Program-made: the position numbers and the translations under genes | Shown: piece after piece, positions 37,721 through 51,533 of the stretch | Layout: every line of letters starts with the position of its first letter | Position numbering within the stretch: the first letter of the stretch is position 1 | Source: Eledone cirrhosa | Taxonomy: Eukaryota | DNA: 64,000 bases | Direction: 5' to 3' | NCBI GenBank assembly: GCA_964016885.1 | Contig: OZ024742.1 | Coordinates: forward strand, 217,310,001-217,374,000 | Notes under the pieces: generated by a model | What the model was told of the DNA's origin: nothing | What the model saw: only the letters and a program-made list of their open reading frames with translations | Databases searched by the model: none

Positions 37721-39739
37721 CTGAAAAATAAAATTTTACACAAAATATTTTTTTACAATAAGTATCACTTGCAAGCAGGGAAAAGCGGGCGTAAAATGAT
37801 GATAAAATGATGGGCATGAAAAAAAATGTAATTCTTCCATTTAATGATTATTAAACCAAAAACAGCAAATATTTAAACAAACTAATTTCTAATAACCCTT
37901 TTGATACCAGTACATCTGAAACAGTCTCCGATTCTTAATAGAAAAACTTCCTGCTTTACAGTATTTGTATCTAAATGAGGATTTTACATCAGAATTCTTT
38001 TTAAGCAGCTTTTATGTTCCAAGCACCAGCTCAATAGCAGTTATTTTGCTAAAATTCCTCCAAATTCTTGAATTTTTAAAATAATGAACATACATATCCA
38101 CACCCCTGCCCCTTCATGTACCCCTCTCACCACTTACAAACTACCATCCCTGTTCCTGTAGTAGCTATTCTCAGCACTCTATTCAGGATTATTATGTCAG
38201 GTCACTCTTGAGTGCTACTGGTAGCATGTAACCCAGTACAACCTGTCGCATGGTCAGGTTGTCGGCGACTAAACCAGCAACCCCACCAAGTTTACTTGGT
38301 GATGAAGGTGATTTTGGACACACTGCAGGACAAAAAACACAACCTGACAAAGGACGGAAGAACTCATACGAGTTAACGGCCATCCCCCCACCAAAAAAAA
38401 ATCCTGCCAAATCAATGGGTGGCAGTAGTTCCAGTTGCATGCATTGAAAGACTGGTGTAGTGGTTCTGAGAACAATGTGGCTTTGCAGATGATCAATGCA
38501 AATTGACAATGGAAAGGCACTCCCGATCAAGATAGAAGAGAACTATTGACCTTCAGAAGAATCAAGCGACCCGATTGTATTCAGCAACCGAAACAAATAT
38601 GAAGTACACCAAATCCAATGCTCCTAGGGGCATCCCTGGTTCTTATTTGTGAGTGTAAACTCAGCCAGATTAGATTAGATTATTCAGGATGACATCCACC
38701 CCCACTAAATCCTAACACCCACCCATATACATTATATCCAGGGTCACTACCCATTCTGTAAAGTGGTTAGTGATATGAAGGGTATCCAGCCGTAGAAAAC
38801 TTTTCAGCTGCGCCATAAACATACCAACCTCCCTAATGCTGGTGATTTACACAATAAACAATCGCCCAGTACAGTTCTTTAATCATTGTTGATAGTAAAG
38901 GCATCCAACTACAGAAAAGCTGCCAAACAAAGAGTCAAGAAGAATCTTCAGCTATGCCAAGAACATGACATCTTCCCTAGAATTGGTCCCATAATAAAAT
39001 GCACATGGTCTACATTGGTTCCATAATAAAATGCACATGGTCTATAGAAAATAGATGTTAAACAATGATGATGATGATGACATAAGCAATACATAATACA
39101 TATATGGTCACAAAACAAAATGCTTTCCATTCAATCATAATTGTTACTTTTTTAAATTCAAAATACCTTTTAAAATAGTGAACTCCTCCTACACAAGATA
39201 TATATATTAAAATTAAGTAAAAATAGATGAAGCCAGCAAGAATTGTTTGGGTCAAGAATACATTGCAACAGCTTTGATATACTACAGACACAAACCTAAC
39301 ATCTTTATTGGCCTAGCCAGCTGTATATCCATCAGTGACCATGTGGATAAGAGAGTTATTACATTTAATTTAGGTTCTAGTCAAAATCCAGTTGCCATAA
39401 CAGACATTCTGAAAGTTATTCCCATCATAAGGAATCTTTACATACACTAGCAGAAAAACTGCCTCCTGGGCAGTTTATTTGTTCTATTTTCTCCATTCAT
39501 TACTGCCAACCCTGTTTATCATTAATTAATAATCACGATTGAAGGTAATTGTCATGCTGTGATGATTCATCAGAAAATATCTAAAAATGGATTTCTTAAT
39601 TCAAATTTTTGTAGCATCTTTACTAGTAGACAGATTGTTGTGAACATTTTCAGAAAACTAAAATAAAGATTTCAATGTGATATAGTCATAGTTCGGTTTT
39701 GTACTTTTGAAGAATGTTTTACTAATGTAATTTCATGTG

Positions 39740-40855
39740 GTACAGGAGCAAGGTACCAACCAACTGATAGATGACCTGGTCATGGAATAGACTCATGGAT
39801 AAAACCATTAAAGCTATGAGACATATGGAAAGATTGGGAAAAATGAGGACAGTAATTATCTATACAAAGCTAATACTAAACTACAAAGATCAATATGAAG
39901 TAGCTTAAAAGAGAAGTTAGGCAACAAGTTTACATAGCACCCAACATTCTGAGTCATGGGGATCAGAAGCATGAGGTGTTCCACATTGCAAAGCAGTGTG
40001 CCAGTGTGTATCAGGATGTCATGGGGAAAATGTGCTTGGAATGACACCAGTACAAGCCTATCTCTCATAAGAAGGAGATCTGGAAATGTTATTATGAGAA
40101 GTTGATGGATGTAGAAAATGAGTGGGAGGAAGAGACACTACCCCAAGTAGATACAACAGAAGGTAAAACTACCCAAATTAAGAGTTACAGGGCCAAAAAA
40201 GCAATCTGGGAAATGAAAATTTGAAAAGCTGCTAGACCATTAGAGATATTTACTGAGATGATGAAATTTGAGAAGTAGAAGTCAAAAATAGTCAATCAGG
40301 TAATACATGATGGTGTTGTATGCAATGACTTGCACAGCAGTATAATCATTAATTGTTACAAGGAAAAAGCTGACACTCTAAAAGAGACATAAAAGAGACA
40401 ACTGATAGATCAAGTTATAAAAGTATCAAAAAGAGTTATAGAACAACTATTAGGGAAAGAGTTAAATTAGATGAGATGCAGTTTGGTTTTGTGCCAGGAA
40501 GGAGCAACACAGATGCTCTTAGTAAGACAACAAGAGGTTCCTAGTAAAGTAAGCCATTATATCTAGATTTTGTTGATTTGGAGTAAGCCTTCGACAGAGT
40601 TCTAAAATCTGTTATATATGATCCTTAAGGAAACTGGGAGTAGATGAGTAGCTTGTGAGGGCAGTGCAAGCCATGAGTAGGGGAGTTATCAGTAAAGTGA
40701 GAATAGATAATGAGTTTAATGAGGAATTCAATGTGCAAACAAGTGTTCAGCAAAACTCAGTCCTGAGTTCACTCTTATTTATCATAGTTCTCCAGACCAT
40801 AACAGAAGAGTTTAAGACCAACTACCCATGGGATACTTTGTATGCTGATGATCAC
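39740..40855 (+). mobile_element. Highly degenerate RTE LINE fragment
   Basis: MQFGFVPGRSNTDA, AFDRV, SVLSSLLFIIVLQ and LYADD are recognisable and colinear with the 20-21.9 kb copy. Confidence 0.85.
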
Positions 40856-40859
40856 TCTG

Positions 40860-41432
40860 AATACTGCAGCAAATGTATGGAGATGAGAGGTCATGATCTT
40901 GGTTTTTCAAGTGGCACAAAAGATTCAAAGAGGGACACGAGGACATGGAAGACGACCCACAAAACAGGCCTTCAACAAGCACGGCTGACATTGAGCACGT
41001 GAGGCAAGTGATACATGGCAATTGCTGGCTGACTGTTTGATTGATTGCAAGTGAGCTGGGCATGAACCGCAACAGTGTTTGGAAGATTATCATTAAAGAA
41101 TTTGGCAAGCCACTGAACGATAACCAGAAGGAACAGGACATGTAAGTGTCAGGACATCTTCGAGCATCTTGAAACTAAACCAGACTTGCTGGGGAGAATC
41201 ATCACTGGTGACGAGTCAAGGGGACCAATTTTCTAGACATGAAGGCCATCAAGAGGGCCATGGCAATGGAGCTGCTAAGAATCCTTCCAAGAATGCATGG
41301 AGACATGACGGAGAAGGATGGGAAAGTGCGTTAGACTCGAGGGAGATTATTTCGAAGTGGAAAACTCAGTTTATAGTTTGGATTTGAAATAAGTTTTTCT
41401 GACCCCAGTCTTGTTTCTTTTCTGACACACCT

Positions 41433-41435
<3 letters not shown>
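40860..41435 (+). mobile_element. mariner (Tc1/mariner) transposase relic with right terminal repeat
   Basis: FKWHKRFKEGHEDMEDDP..RPSTS, IASELG, RIITGDES and KCVRLEGDYFE motifs; TIR-like cagtcttgtttcttttctgacacaccttg followed by TA; internally deleted. Confidence 0.85.
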
Positions 41436-41471
<36 letters not shown>

Positions 41472-42252
41472 TAGGCATCTCTAACAAAATACACCCCGTC
41501 CCACCACCCCCTTCTATGTAAAGTTATGTTGGTGCCACGCCATCCAGGCCGAAACAAATGAGATCGTGTAGGTGTCACGACAAAAAAACACAGTCCACGC
41601 TGTAATGTGGCCGTGTAGGCAACATGGTAAAAACCTCCCAGACCCACACTGTAAATGTGGTTGGTGTTAGGAAGGGCATCCAACTGTAGAAAACCTGCCA
41701 GACAGTCCTATGCGAGCAAGACAATCACTCTTGCCTCAAGTGGGAATACCCCCGTCCAAACCCATGCAAGCGTGGAACACGGACGTTAAACGTTGATGAT
41801 GATGATGATGATGATGATATATAGACCATTAACTCACTAGATTAGTAAGACCATCACTGGCAATGTTTCTATCAGTGGTTGTGAGCCCTGCAATGGCTTT
41901 TAAAGCAAGCAAAGGACTTGCATATCTTTTGGCATGAAATGCATTGTATTTACACCTTCCACCATTTGGCTCTTCAGTCTGATCCATCCACTAGCCACAC
42001 ACACTGTTTCCATCTAACAATTTCACTCAAAAGGCTTTCATTAACCAGTACTTATGACAGAAAACACTAACCCAAGGTGCTGTACAACAGTATCAAACCC
42101 AGAACCATATAGCTGCTAAACAAATTTCTTAATCACAATGATATAGACTTAGTTGATACAACTGACTACTCTTTTTAAGAAATTAGCTTTACACCTAGTC
42201 AAAAAAGAAATAAAATACTTTAAAAAAAACAAAATACTTAAAAATGTGTTAC

Positions 42253-42463
42253 CATTTTCAAGGGTAGAAGTGCTGAAATCCACTTTGAGATGATGATGAT
42301 TTGAACTTGATATGTTACACTGATTGTGTTGCAAAATATCAGCAAAATTTTCTTCAGAATGAACCACACAGAGATAGAACAGAAACAGAATCAACCTTCC
42401 ATGCTGAAATCCTTTCTTCCCAAGAAGTGCTGACTGTGAAGATAGACATTGTTTTCTCCCCAT
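42253..42463 (-). CDS. MBTPS1: Site-1 protease coding exon 1 (start Met, signal peptide, start of prodomain)
   Basis: MGRKQ...LILFLFYLCVVHS...HLKVDFSTSTLEN resembles vertebrate S1P LKVEFSSTVVE. Acceptor ttttacttgtag lies 2 nt before the ATG; donor GTAAC; phase 1 joins the next exon to make Glu. Confidence 0.85.
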
Positions 42464-45036
42464 ATCTACAAGTAAAACCTTGCAGTACAAAAGAGTAGCT
42501 AAATGAAGCTTGGTGAACAATAACAAATTAAATAACAAATCGTACCAATAATGGCACAATAATTTTTTTTTTAAGAAGCTGGTTGTGGTTACATAAGAAA
42601 TAAACTATACAATAGGTGAAAATAATATATACATATATATATGTATATGTATGTTTGTATGTATATATAAATATGTGTCTATAAAAGTCTTTGTTAGAAA
42701 TATGTCCACTTAGAAGTTCTTGGCACTATTTGAGAATTCCTCTCCATTCATTTGTTCTGATTATGGTTCGATAATTTTTTTTCCACTGAAATTCCAGCCA
42801 TAAAAATTTGAAGAAAGGATGTTTAAGGTTTCCCATTTTCGGTTTTTGGATTAACTAACTATCCAGCATCAAAAATTTCCATCCTACAAAATAGAGGAAA
42901 AAAAAAAGTTAATATTTATAATTGTTTTTAACATGGTATAAAGTCATAATGTTGAAGAAAGGGTAACAGTTGATTATATTAACGACCCTGGAAACATGAA
43001 AGGTAATGTTGACCTCAGCATGATTTGAATTCAACCCTAGAACAAATATTGTAAAGCATGTTATCCAACACTAAAAATTCTGCCAATCCACTAACGTTAA
43101 CTATAATAGTCTCTAATATAGGTACAAGGTCAACAATTTTGGGGGGGAGGGTAAAGTCGATTATATCGACCCCATTATTTGAATGGTACTTTATTTTATC
43201 AATACCAAAATTGACCTCAGCAGGATTTGAACTTAGAATGTAAAGAGCTGAAACTAAATGCTACAAAGCACTTTGTCTGATGCTCTAATGATTCCGCCAA
43301 TCCACCACTGTCTCTTCCCTTATCATGTCATTCATTCAATCTCCATACCAATAACCAGCATGTAGCAATTTGCCACTGTCTCTCTTCCATGAGTACCTCT
43401 TCTATCACCCTCTCATCCCTATCTATTTTTTCATCTCATCATAATTTCTGTTCTGTCACCCATACACTCCAGTACTCTCTCTTTTATTATTTTTTTTTGT
43501 ATTCACATTGCTTTGAACAGATAGAACTGTTCAGTCTTGTGAAATATATAACAATCTCTCTGGTGCTGGTGCCATGATAAAATAATCAGAAATGGTTCAC
43601 CCCTGCCCCATCTATGAGAGCAGTAATAAAACTAACTTGGACTATGAACATTCAACCAACATGTAACAACATTGAAAACAGATAGATGATGATATTTTCT
43701 CTAGTCATATGGCATAATGCTTAACATTAGTTTCTATATTTCCAAATGGATAGGACACTATTCTATCACAGCTTTCTCTCAGTATCCAGAACTAATTATC
43801 CTGTTCAGAGGCAATAAAAGTATACCAGCAGCAGGTATGAACTCATAATCAGTACAGTCATATCTAATAACTGATGCACAAGCCCCTCTTGCCTGTAATG
43901 GACATTAAAAAAGAAATGAAGCAAGAGGTTGCATAGTTACAAAACAAGAGTTATACTAAACTACAAAGTAACAAAGCAGGGATTAAATGGAAGTTTTTTT
44001 GTTTGTAACTTAAAAAAAACAAGAATTATTTAATATCAAAGATAGTGGATTGTTAGAATTGGTTGAATATTTCATTACATTCTCAGTTCAAATTTCACCA
44101 GGGTCAACTTTTGCTTTTATCCTTCCAGCCTCACTAACATGCACCAGTCATGTGCACACATCCATCAAAAGTTCAGGCTTTGTGCCTCCGTTAGAAATAA
44201 GTATGGTGGATTGGCAGAATCAGTAGAATGTCAGACAAAAGGCCTTACAATATACAGTTATTGTCGCTTAATGTACTGAATTCAAATCCTGCTGGTGTCA
44301 ACTTTGTCTTTCATTCAATAATAAACCTATTGTTCTAAAGTAGTCATATTTAAATAAAAAATAATGTTATGGAAAAATATTTTATTAAGCTATGAACTGA
44401 ATGCCAACTTAATAATATGGTTAGTTATTTTACTAAATCCCTTCAAATTGTTAATTATTCGCAAAATTGATTGAGAAACATAGGTTGTGTATCTCATTAG
44501 AAATATGGCAGTGAAAAGGTTAGTCAGAAAGAAATAGCCAGAAAGTATTTTTTAAAAACTATTCCCATATTAAATTGTTCCCAGAGAAATAAGCTATTTT
44601 CTAGTTTTCTTATCTCTTCTTACAAAAAAATGTTGCTTTTTAATATTTAAGACTGTCAACTGTACTTCCTATTATACTTTCTCATCTCAACCATAATTAC
44701 AGTAGTTGAAAAGAAAGAAATGATAAAATGAACAAAGGAAATTCAATTGAGTAGATGAGATGAGGTTAATAATTCCCACCCCTTTCAACAAATCTGCCTC
44801 ATTTCCTTGTCTACCTATCTTTCTTGACAAAGGACAAATTATTCAAAACTCTCTTCCTTTTCTTCAATGCATAATACATTAACTTGGTATGGTTATATTT
44901 TTCTTGTGACATTTTATAATTAATGAAGATAAGACATGGGTGTGTGGTTGAGAAGGTCTATTTGTAACTATGTGGCAGGGCACATCGGGCTAATGTCTTT
45001 TATAGCTTTGAGAGTGATTTTGATAGATATGTGTGC

Positions 45037-45071
<35 letters not shown>

Positions 45072-46262
45072 AGTATTTCCCTGTTTATGGTAGGACCAGT
45101 AACACTTTTAGAACTCAATGTAGTATGGATATGAATATCTCAATGCTGATGATATGACAAAAAGTGCCCAGTCCTCACTTTAACATGATTGGGGTTAGGA
45201 AGGGCATCCAGCCCTAGAAACCAAGCCAAAATACAGATCTATATGAACAAGACATGGTCATCTGACCTGACTCATCTCATAACACGACAACACGTCTAAC
45301 CAATGCGAGCATGAAAAATGAGGTTCATGTTAGGAAGGGCATCCAGCTGTAGAAATCAAGCCAGAATCAGTTCCCGTCCCACCCTTGCAAGCAGGGAAAA
45401 GCGGACGTAAAATGATGATGAAGATACAGACATCATCATCATCATTTAATGCCTGCTTTCCCTGCTAGCAAGGGGTGGATGGGTTTTCATAGACTGAGTC
45501 AGTACTGAAGTGGGGCGATTGACCTCCCAGCCGGCCAGGTCCTACGTTCTACTAAGTGCACCAGCATAAGAGAGGTTATCATATCTTTGACACAGCTGAA
45601 GGATCCTCCCAACCCTATTTGGCAAGCTTGCTACAGATGGATGCCCTTCCTATTACCAACCACTTTACGTGTACTGGGTACATTTATCATGTAGACCACA
45701 AACACTAGAAAGGCTGTCATGTCCTTAACACAACTAAAGGGTCCACCTAGCTCTTTATTGTAGGAAAACACCATGAATAAGATTTTGACCACATCTAAGC
45801 CACCTACAATCACAGCATTGAATACCAAAGAGAAAAGACGTATGTAACCCAAACCGTAACAGTTTCTGATGTACTATTTGTTGTATAGTGCAAGTGCACC
45901 TAACAGGGATTGTGCAAGCGATTTCAACTGCATCAGCATCTGCAGGCATTTGTTTGATACATCCGACTTCAAACTGGCTAAGATATTGCCAACCACCACA
46001 ATGGTTTTGCTGTATCACACACAGATATATATATATATAAGTATTAAGGGTACTATTTATGGTTATGTATGCAATAAAACCTTTGATGGTAATATATTAT
46101 ATATACACAAACCCTAAATAGTGAGAGATAGTCTTTAATTACTATCCTATTACCAGTAAGTTAAATAGCTCCTCGGTTTGGAGGAAACAATTGTAAGCAA
46201 ATAAATGACTTAAACTGAACTTTGATTACTGTAATCTATATATATATATATATATATATATA

Positions 46263-46519
46263 GAAAGGGCATCCAGCTGTAGAAAACCCGCCAGACAGTC
46301 CACGCTGTAATGTGGCCGTGTAGGCAACACGGTAAAAACCTCCCAGCCCCACACTGTAAATGTGGTTGGTGTTAGGAAGGGCATCCAGCTGTAGAAAACC
46401 CGCCAGACAGTCCTATGCGAGCAAGACAACCACTCTTGCCTCAAGTGGGAAAACCCCCGTCCAAACCCATGCAACCGTGGAACACGGACGCTAAACCTGA
46501 TGATGATGATGATGATGAT
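46263..46519 (+). repeat. Abundant short retroposon 3' module (aggaagggcatccagctgtagaaa ... aacccatgc ... (TGA)n)
   Basis: Tail nearly identical to 5706-5793 (minus) and 41640-41818; related copies at about 3880, 18680, 36000-36255, 45190-45420, 46720-46870, 54090 and 59370. Confidence 0.8.
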
Positions 46520-46531
46520 ATATATATATAT

Positions 46532-46680
46532 GGAGGCACATGGCTTAGTGGTTAGAGCATTGGCCTTGCAATCGAAAGGTTGTGAGTTCACTTCTCAGAC
46601 CAGGTGATGTGTTGTTTCCTTGAGCAAGACACTTTATTTCACATTGCTCCAATTTACTCAGCTGTAGAAATGAGATGATA
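46532..46680 (+). mobile_element. tRNA-derived SINE head and core
   Basis: ggaggcacatggcttagtggttagagc...gtgagttcacttc...ccttgagcaagacacttt; same family as 6510-6851. Confidence 0.75.
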
Positions 46681-49600
46681 GGGACTGGGGTCCATATTAT
46701 TCCACTGCAAAGTGTTCGTGGAGGTGCCACAGCAAAAAAGCACCCAGCATTCACTGTAAATGAGGTTGGTGTTAGGAAGGGCATCCAGTTGTAGAAATCA
46801 AGCCAAAATCAGTTTCCATCCCACCCTTGCAAGCAGGGAAAAGCAGACGTAAAATGAAATGATGATGATATATGGTCTTAAAAAAGGAAGGCCAATTAAC
46901 ATTATTGATGCAGGAATTCATGGTGTGAATAAAATAAAGTGATATTCACTCAGACCTCAAATTAAGCTCCCAAACTAGTTCTCATAAATTATAAAAATTA
47001 TAACTAGGAGAATAATATTTATAGTACATCAAACTTATAATTGCACTGTGGTAGCACAACTGAAATTATCTAATGCACTCAGTGATGCAAGAAATAAATT
47101 CTTTGCATTTTGACTCCATGTATACAATAGCCAAGGGAAAGTATATATATATCAGTTCCCGTCCCACCCTTGCAAGCAGGGAAAAGTGGACGTAAAATGA
47201 AATGATGATATATATATGTGTGTGTGTATGTGTCTGCTTTGTACTTGTCACTGCCAGCATAGGCAGTAATGTTTGCTCATATTCTGCACAAAAAACCAGC
47301 TCATGGTTTTACAGAGATTATCTGTCTTTAAAAAAAAGGGTTGATGCTCAGAAAGGGCATCTGGCCATAAAATACTGCCTTAAAAATGTATTATCTAACC
47401 CAAACTAGCATAGAAAATAGATATAATCACCTATCTTCACCAACCCCCTCATGGAAAAAAACCTCTGAATCCTATTCATGTCCTTAATTTGTTGCTTATA
47501 TATTAAAAGCTTTTTTTTTTCAAAAAATAAATTAGACATACATTCAATCAGGTCACTACCACTAACTTCTGCTTTCTTAATACTTTTATACCATTGAAGG
47601 GACCAACACACTGGAAAGGTTTCTCATTCACTACTCTCATCTAATAGGAAGGATTTAAACACAACCCTGCCAGTAAATAAAAACACCTTTTAATTACTGA
47701 ATTTGTGTAGTTCCAATTGTCAGTTTCTGATTTAGGCACATTGACAGCAATTTTGAAGTATGAAAAAAGTTGATTCCAGCACATGACTGGTACTTTAATT
47801 TACTGGAAGGATAAAAGGCAAAGATGAAATCCAAACCTAAAAGAGCCATAACTAAGTGCCACAACAATTCTGCCAATCCAACACCCTAGTTACAAGATAT
47901 ATTAAAAACAAAAACACACTGAACCATTAACTGAAATCCCAACAACTTATTGGATCGGCCAGCTTCATCTATAGAAGAAACATCGATCATTTGGTAAATT
48001 CTGAACAAATAAAAGATTGCAGTCAAATTAATCTAATACTGAAGTTAACAGTTTGGCCAACTGACCAAGATTCTATTAACTCAACTAGCAACAACTTGCC
48101 TCCCACAAGACTAATTAATTGCACAATCATAACCATTTTACTTATGTACACAGAAATCCTATATCAAATTAAGAAATGAAATAGGTACAAGATCACGAAC
48201 TCAGTAAATCATGGTCATTGAGTGAATAAGGGAATTTCAAAGCAGTCACTCGATCTGCTAGAAATAGCGAAATCATACCTTTGGTGAACCATTAGACTGT
48301 TACTGGAGATATTTTAGGTTTAAGTAAATACTTATAGATAAAATTTTTGCAACATAATATAGCAGGATTGTTTTGTTTTCAAAGTCTACCATAAGTTCGC
48401 TATCATTGCACTAGTCATTGGATATAGAAAATAGACAGGAGTATGGTTCACAAGTCTGCTCAGTCAGGATTAACCTGAGGCTAAACAATAACAACGTATG
48501 CTCCAACAATTTATATATAAATGTCTGTATTTTCAAAATTATCTAACCCCCAGATATCAACCCAAAATATGTCGGGCAAGCCTCTGGACAAATTGCATTT
48601 GTTAAATAAACGTAAAGCCTAAAAATTATGACTGACTTTAATTCGAAATTGTGATTATTACTTTTGTGAGAGTATAATGGTAGTTTTCAGGAAACAAGGA
48701 ATCAAAATAGGTTTGCAGGTTGTTTGCCGATACAAATATCGCCATATAAACAGCAATATTTATCACTTTGGCACACGGTCTCAAAGAGCGTGAATTTGAA
48801 CTCAGCAGCGATGCTGTTGAACCAGACATCATAAACCTATTAAGGTTCTCTCTTTCACTCTCAACCAACAATATTTTCTGCCGTCTTATAACCTAGTAAA
48901 CAGCAGTTGTTGAACCACAGGTAAAACATAATCGAGAAAAACTGGTTGGATGCATTCCAGCCATGACAATCGTGTCTTTCTTTCTTTTTTCTAGTATAGT
49001 ATATCTCGGACATTATCCAATGTCCTTTTTAAGACGATAGAGAGTGAGATTTGACTGCTATTTCCAGCAGATACAGCAGCCAAATAGAGTCTTCTTCGTT
49101 GATAAGTGTCAACAAATACCAAAAACAACCGACTTTGATCATAGGTCTAGGTTGATGCCACTAAACTACAACAAAAAAACAATAAATAAGATAAAACAAA
49201 TTAATGAGATGTAAAAATTCATGAATGAATTTCCTCTTCGTGCGCCATGATTATTGCCTAACACTCACCGTATGTTATGATAACCTACTCCAAAACAGCT
49301 CATTCTCTTTGGCAACATTTTAGGTTCGAAATGCAAAAGCTATAATCAGAAATAATTAAACTGTGCACCTGGTTTTCCATGTTATTATAATGAGGATTAA
49401 AATATTAATACTCTAAACTTTCTAAGCTGCAGACTTTTGATAAAGTTATTTTTAACTATTCGAGTAGTTTACATTCTAAAAATATAAAGGCTTTATCTAT
49501 TTTGTTTTTACAAAGAATGCGCAATACCATATAATAAAAAAATAATTATCTTTGGATAATAAAAAATAAAACAAAACCTTATTTCACACTTCCCAAATAC

Positions 49601-50604
49601 ATGTATATAGATGCTTTCTTTTTCAATAATATGAACTTGTAAATAATAAAGGTAACAAAAAGTTTGATATTAGCGATATAACTAAGAGAAATGAAATTCA
49701 AAGAAACAAAATAAACGTATATTTTTAAATGTTATGATGTGATATGAGCAAATATGCACATGCAAATTGTTATGCATGCATGCATATATATATATATAGG
49801 GCGTGTAAAGTATTTATAGATTGATACGTGTCGACTAAAGGAGTTTTAAATATGAATGAAACACCAAGTTTAGCTGGGTTAGTATCGAATAATGATGGAT
49901 TAAAAATTGATTTCAAATATGTATATAAATGCATCATATAACTTGTAAACCTACTTTTAAAAAATACGTTCTATCATCTCAGCTGTTTAAAAACAGTCGT
50001 TGAATTAAAGAAAAAAAAACATGGTATCTTGAGTCAAAGAAAACATCAGAATTTTAATTAAATTTTACACAATGTCAAACTGTAATTAAAAATCATTAAA
50101 TACCAGTCAAACGATAATAATTTCCACTGTACAAATCATATTTGATGAAACAACGTTTAAGTTATAAACAAATGTAAGTACTTAAGATTCAAATGCATAT
50201 GAAAATATAAACTAGCAGTTATCACAATTTACCATAAAGTTAAAGGTTTACACCTTTCCTTTTCATGCTTGGCATGGGTCATACTTTCCTCTTTTATAAA
50301 ATGTATACATTTAATAATGATTTGTTTCCTTGTATTTTAAGCACCAACAGGAAACTTTAAAAACAAACAACAATGAGAAAGAATTATGTTAAAAAGGAGA
50401 CTTAGATAGACAAGAATTAATGAAGCAACTAAAATAAGTTATAAAGCGAATAACGGAACAGTAATATATGACTAACATACATATATATTATAACATAATT
50501 TAATTTATGGATAAAATTAATGAGAGGAAAAATTATATTAGAGAGAAATTAATTGTAAGGATTGCATTTTTTTGTGTTCTACGTGTTCATTTGTAGCAAC
50601 TTAC

Positions 50605-50869
50605 ATATTTCAGAGTTTACAACGAAAGAAGGCCGAGTGACAGTCTACCATCGTGGCTTTTGTATGGAAGGCTATGATTGGTTGATTGCCGTCACCTATT
50701 GACGTTTCTGAATGGTCAAAAAATAAAACCATAACTCTGCTTTCTGAGAATGGTCTAATATGGTGGCTCGTTCATTGGGACTCACGTCCAAGACGAAATA
50801 TTTCAACCTGTTTGAGGTTTAACATTTTTTTTTGTCCTGCATTTTCAAAGGATTTATCTTGACAGCGAG
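50605..50869. promoter_or_regulatory. Putative bidirectional promoter with two divergent non-coding first exons
   Basis: Minus-strand donor GTAAGT (exon end 50605) and plus-strand donor GAG|GTTAGT (exon end 50869) face outward. Between them are ATTGG/CCAAT boxes (50677, about 50774), TGACG half-sites and locally retained CpG. Confidence 0.5.
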
Positions 50870-51501
50870 GTTAGTATTTGAATTAATATCATTTCATAAG
50901 CGTTGCCATTTATCGTCGCTTCTTAAATAAAAAAAAAAACTTGGCTATCGTCTCTGATTTACTACTGTACCGGAAGCGGTTAAACTGTGCCTATTATGTT
51001 ATTATGATGGATCAGAAAGCGATCTTGAAAAGATTTAAAGCTTTCGCTATGTTTGTTGATTCTAGTTTTTCGTCTCTCTATGTTAACACTCAAAACATCT
51101 TTACACGCTATTTATGTTTATTATTTTGATACACTATAAAGTTAACAAAAGAAAAAAAAACATTAACGTATATAAATTATTATATACATGTATATGTTTT
51201 CGCAACATGCAACATAAACCTTTATGTATACAAATATATATATATAAAACACATACACACGCTCATATATGTATATATGTCCATGTACACACACACACAA
51301 ATATATAATTACACTTTTATCGTCATGTATTTTTTGTACTTTTTATTCTTTTACGTTTGTTTGTTTTAATTTATTTCAAAAAGACAGAGATGAGTGAGTA
51401 AATTATAGAGGCTGTTGCCAAAAATGTTTACACTATTAAATGTAATGTTCCAACTGTATCCACACCCACGTCTTGTTAATATGTATATATGTGTGTGTAT
51501 G

Positions 51502-51533
<32 letters not shown>

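Noticed and set aside
38190-38640. Possible 5' end or ORF1 relic of another LINE (NRNKYEV-like motif)
   Set aside because: Too degenerate to assign without a database search.
42464-42559. Upstream extension of MBTPS1 exon 1 suggested by the ORF track
   Set aside because: A good splice acceptor sits at 42466, and the extension has no real ATG and no similarity to S1P.
46532-46605. tRNA gene
   Set aside because: A and B boxes are present but there is no cloverleaf, and the sequence continues into a SINE core.
50652-50681. ER stress element (CCAAT-N9-CCACG) in the promoter
   Set aside because: CGTGG and ATTGG are 20 nt apart, not 9.
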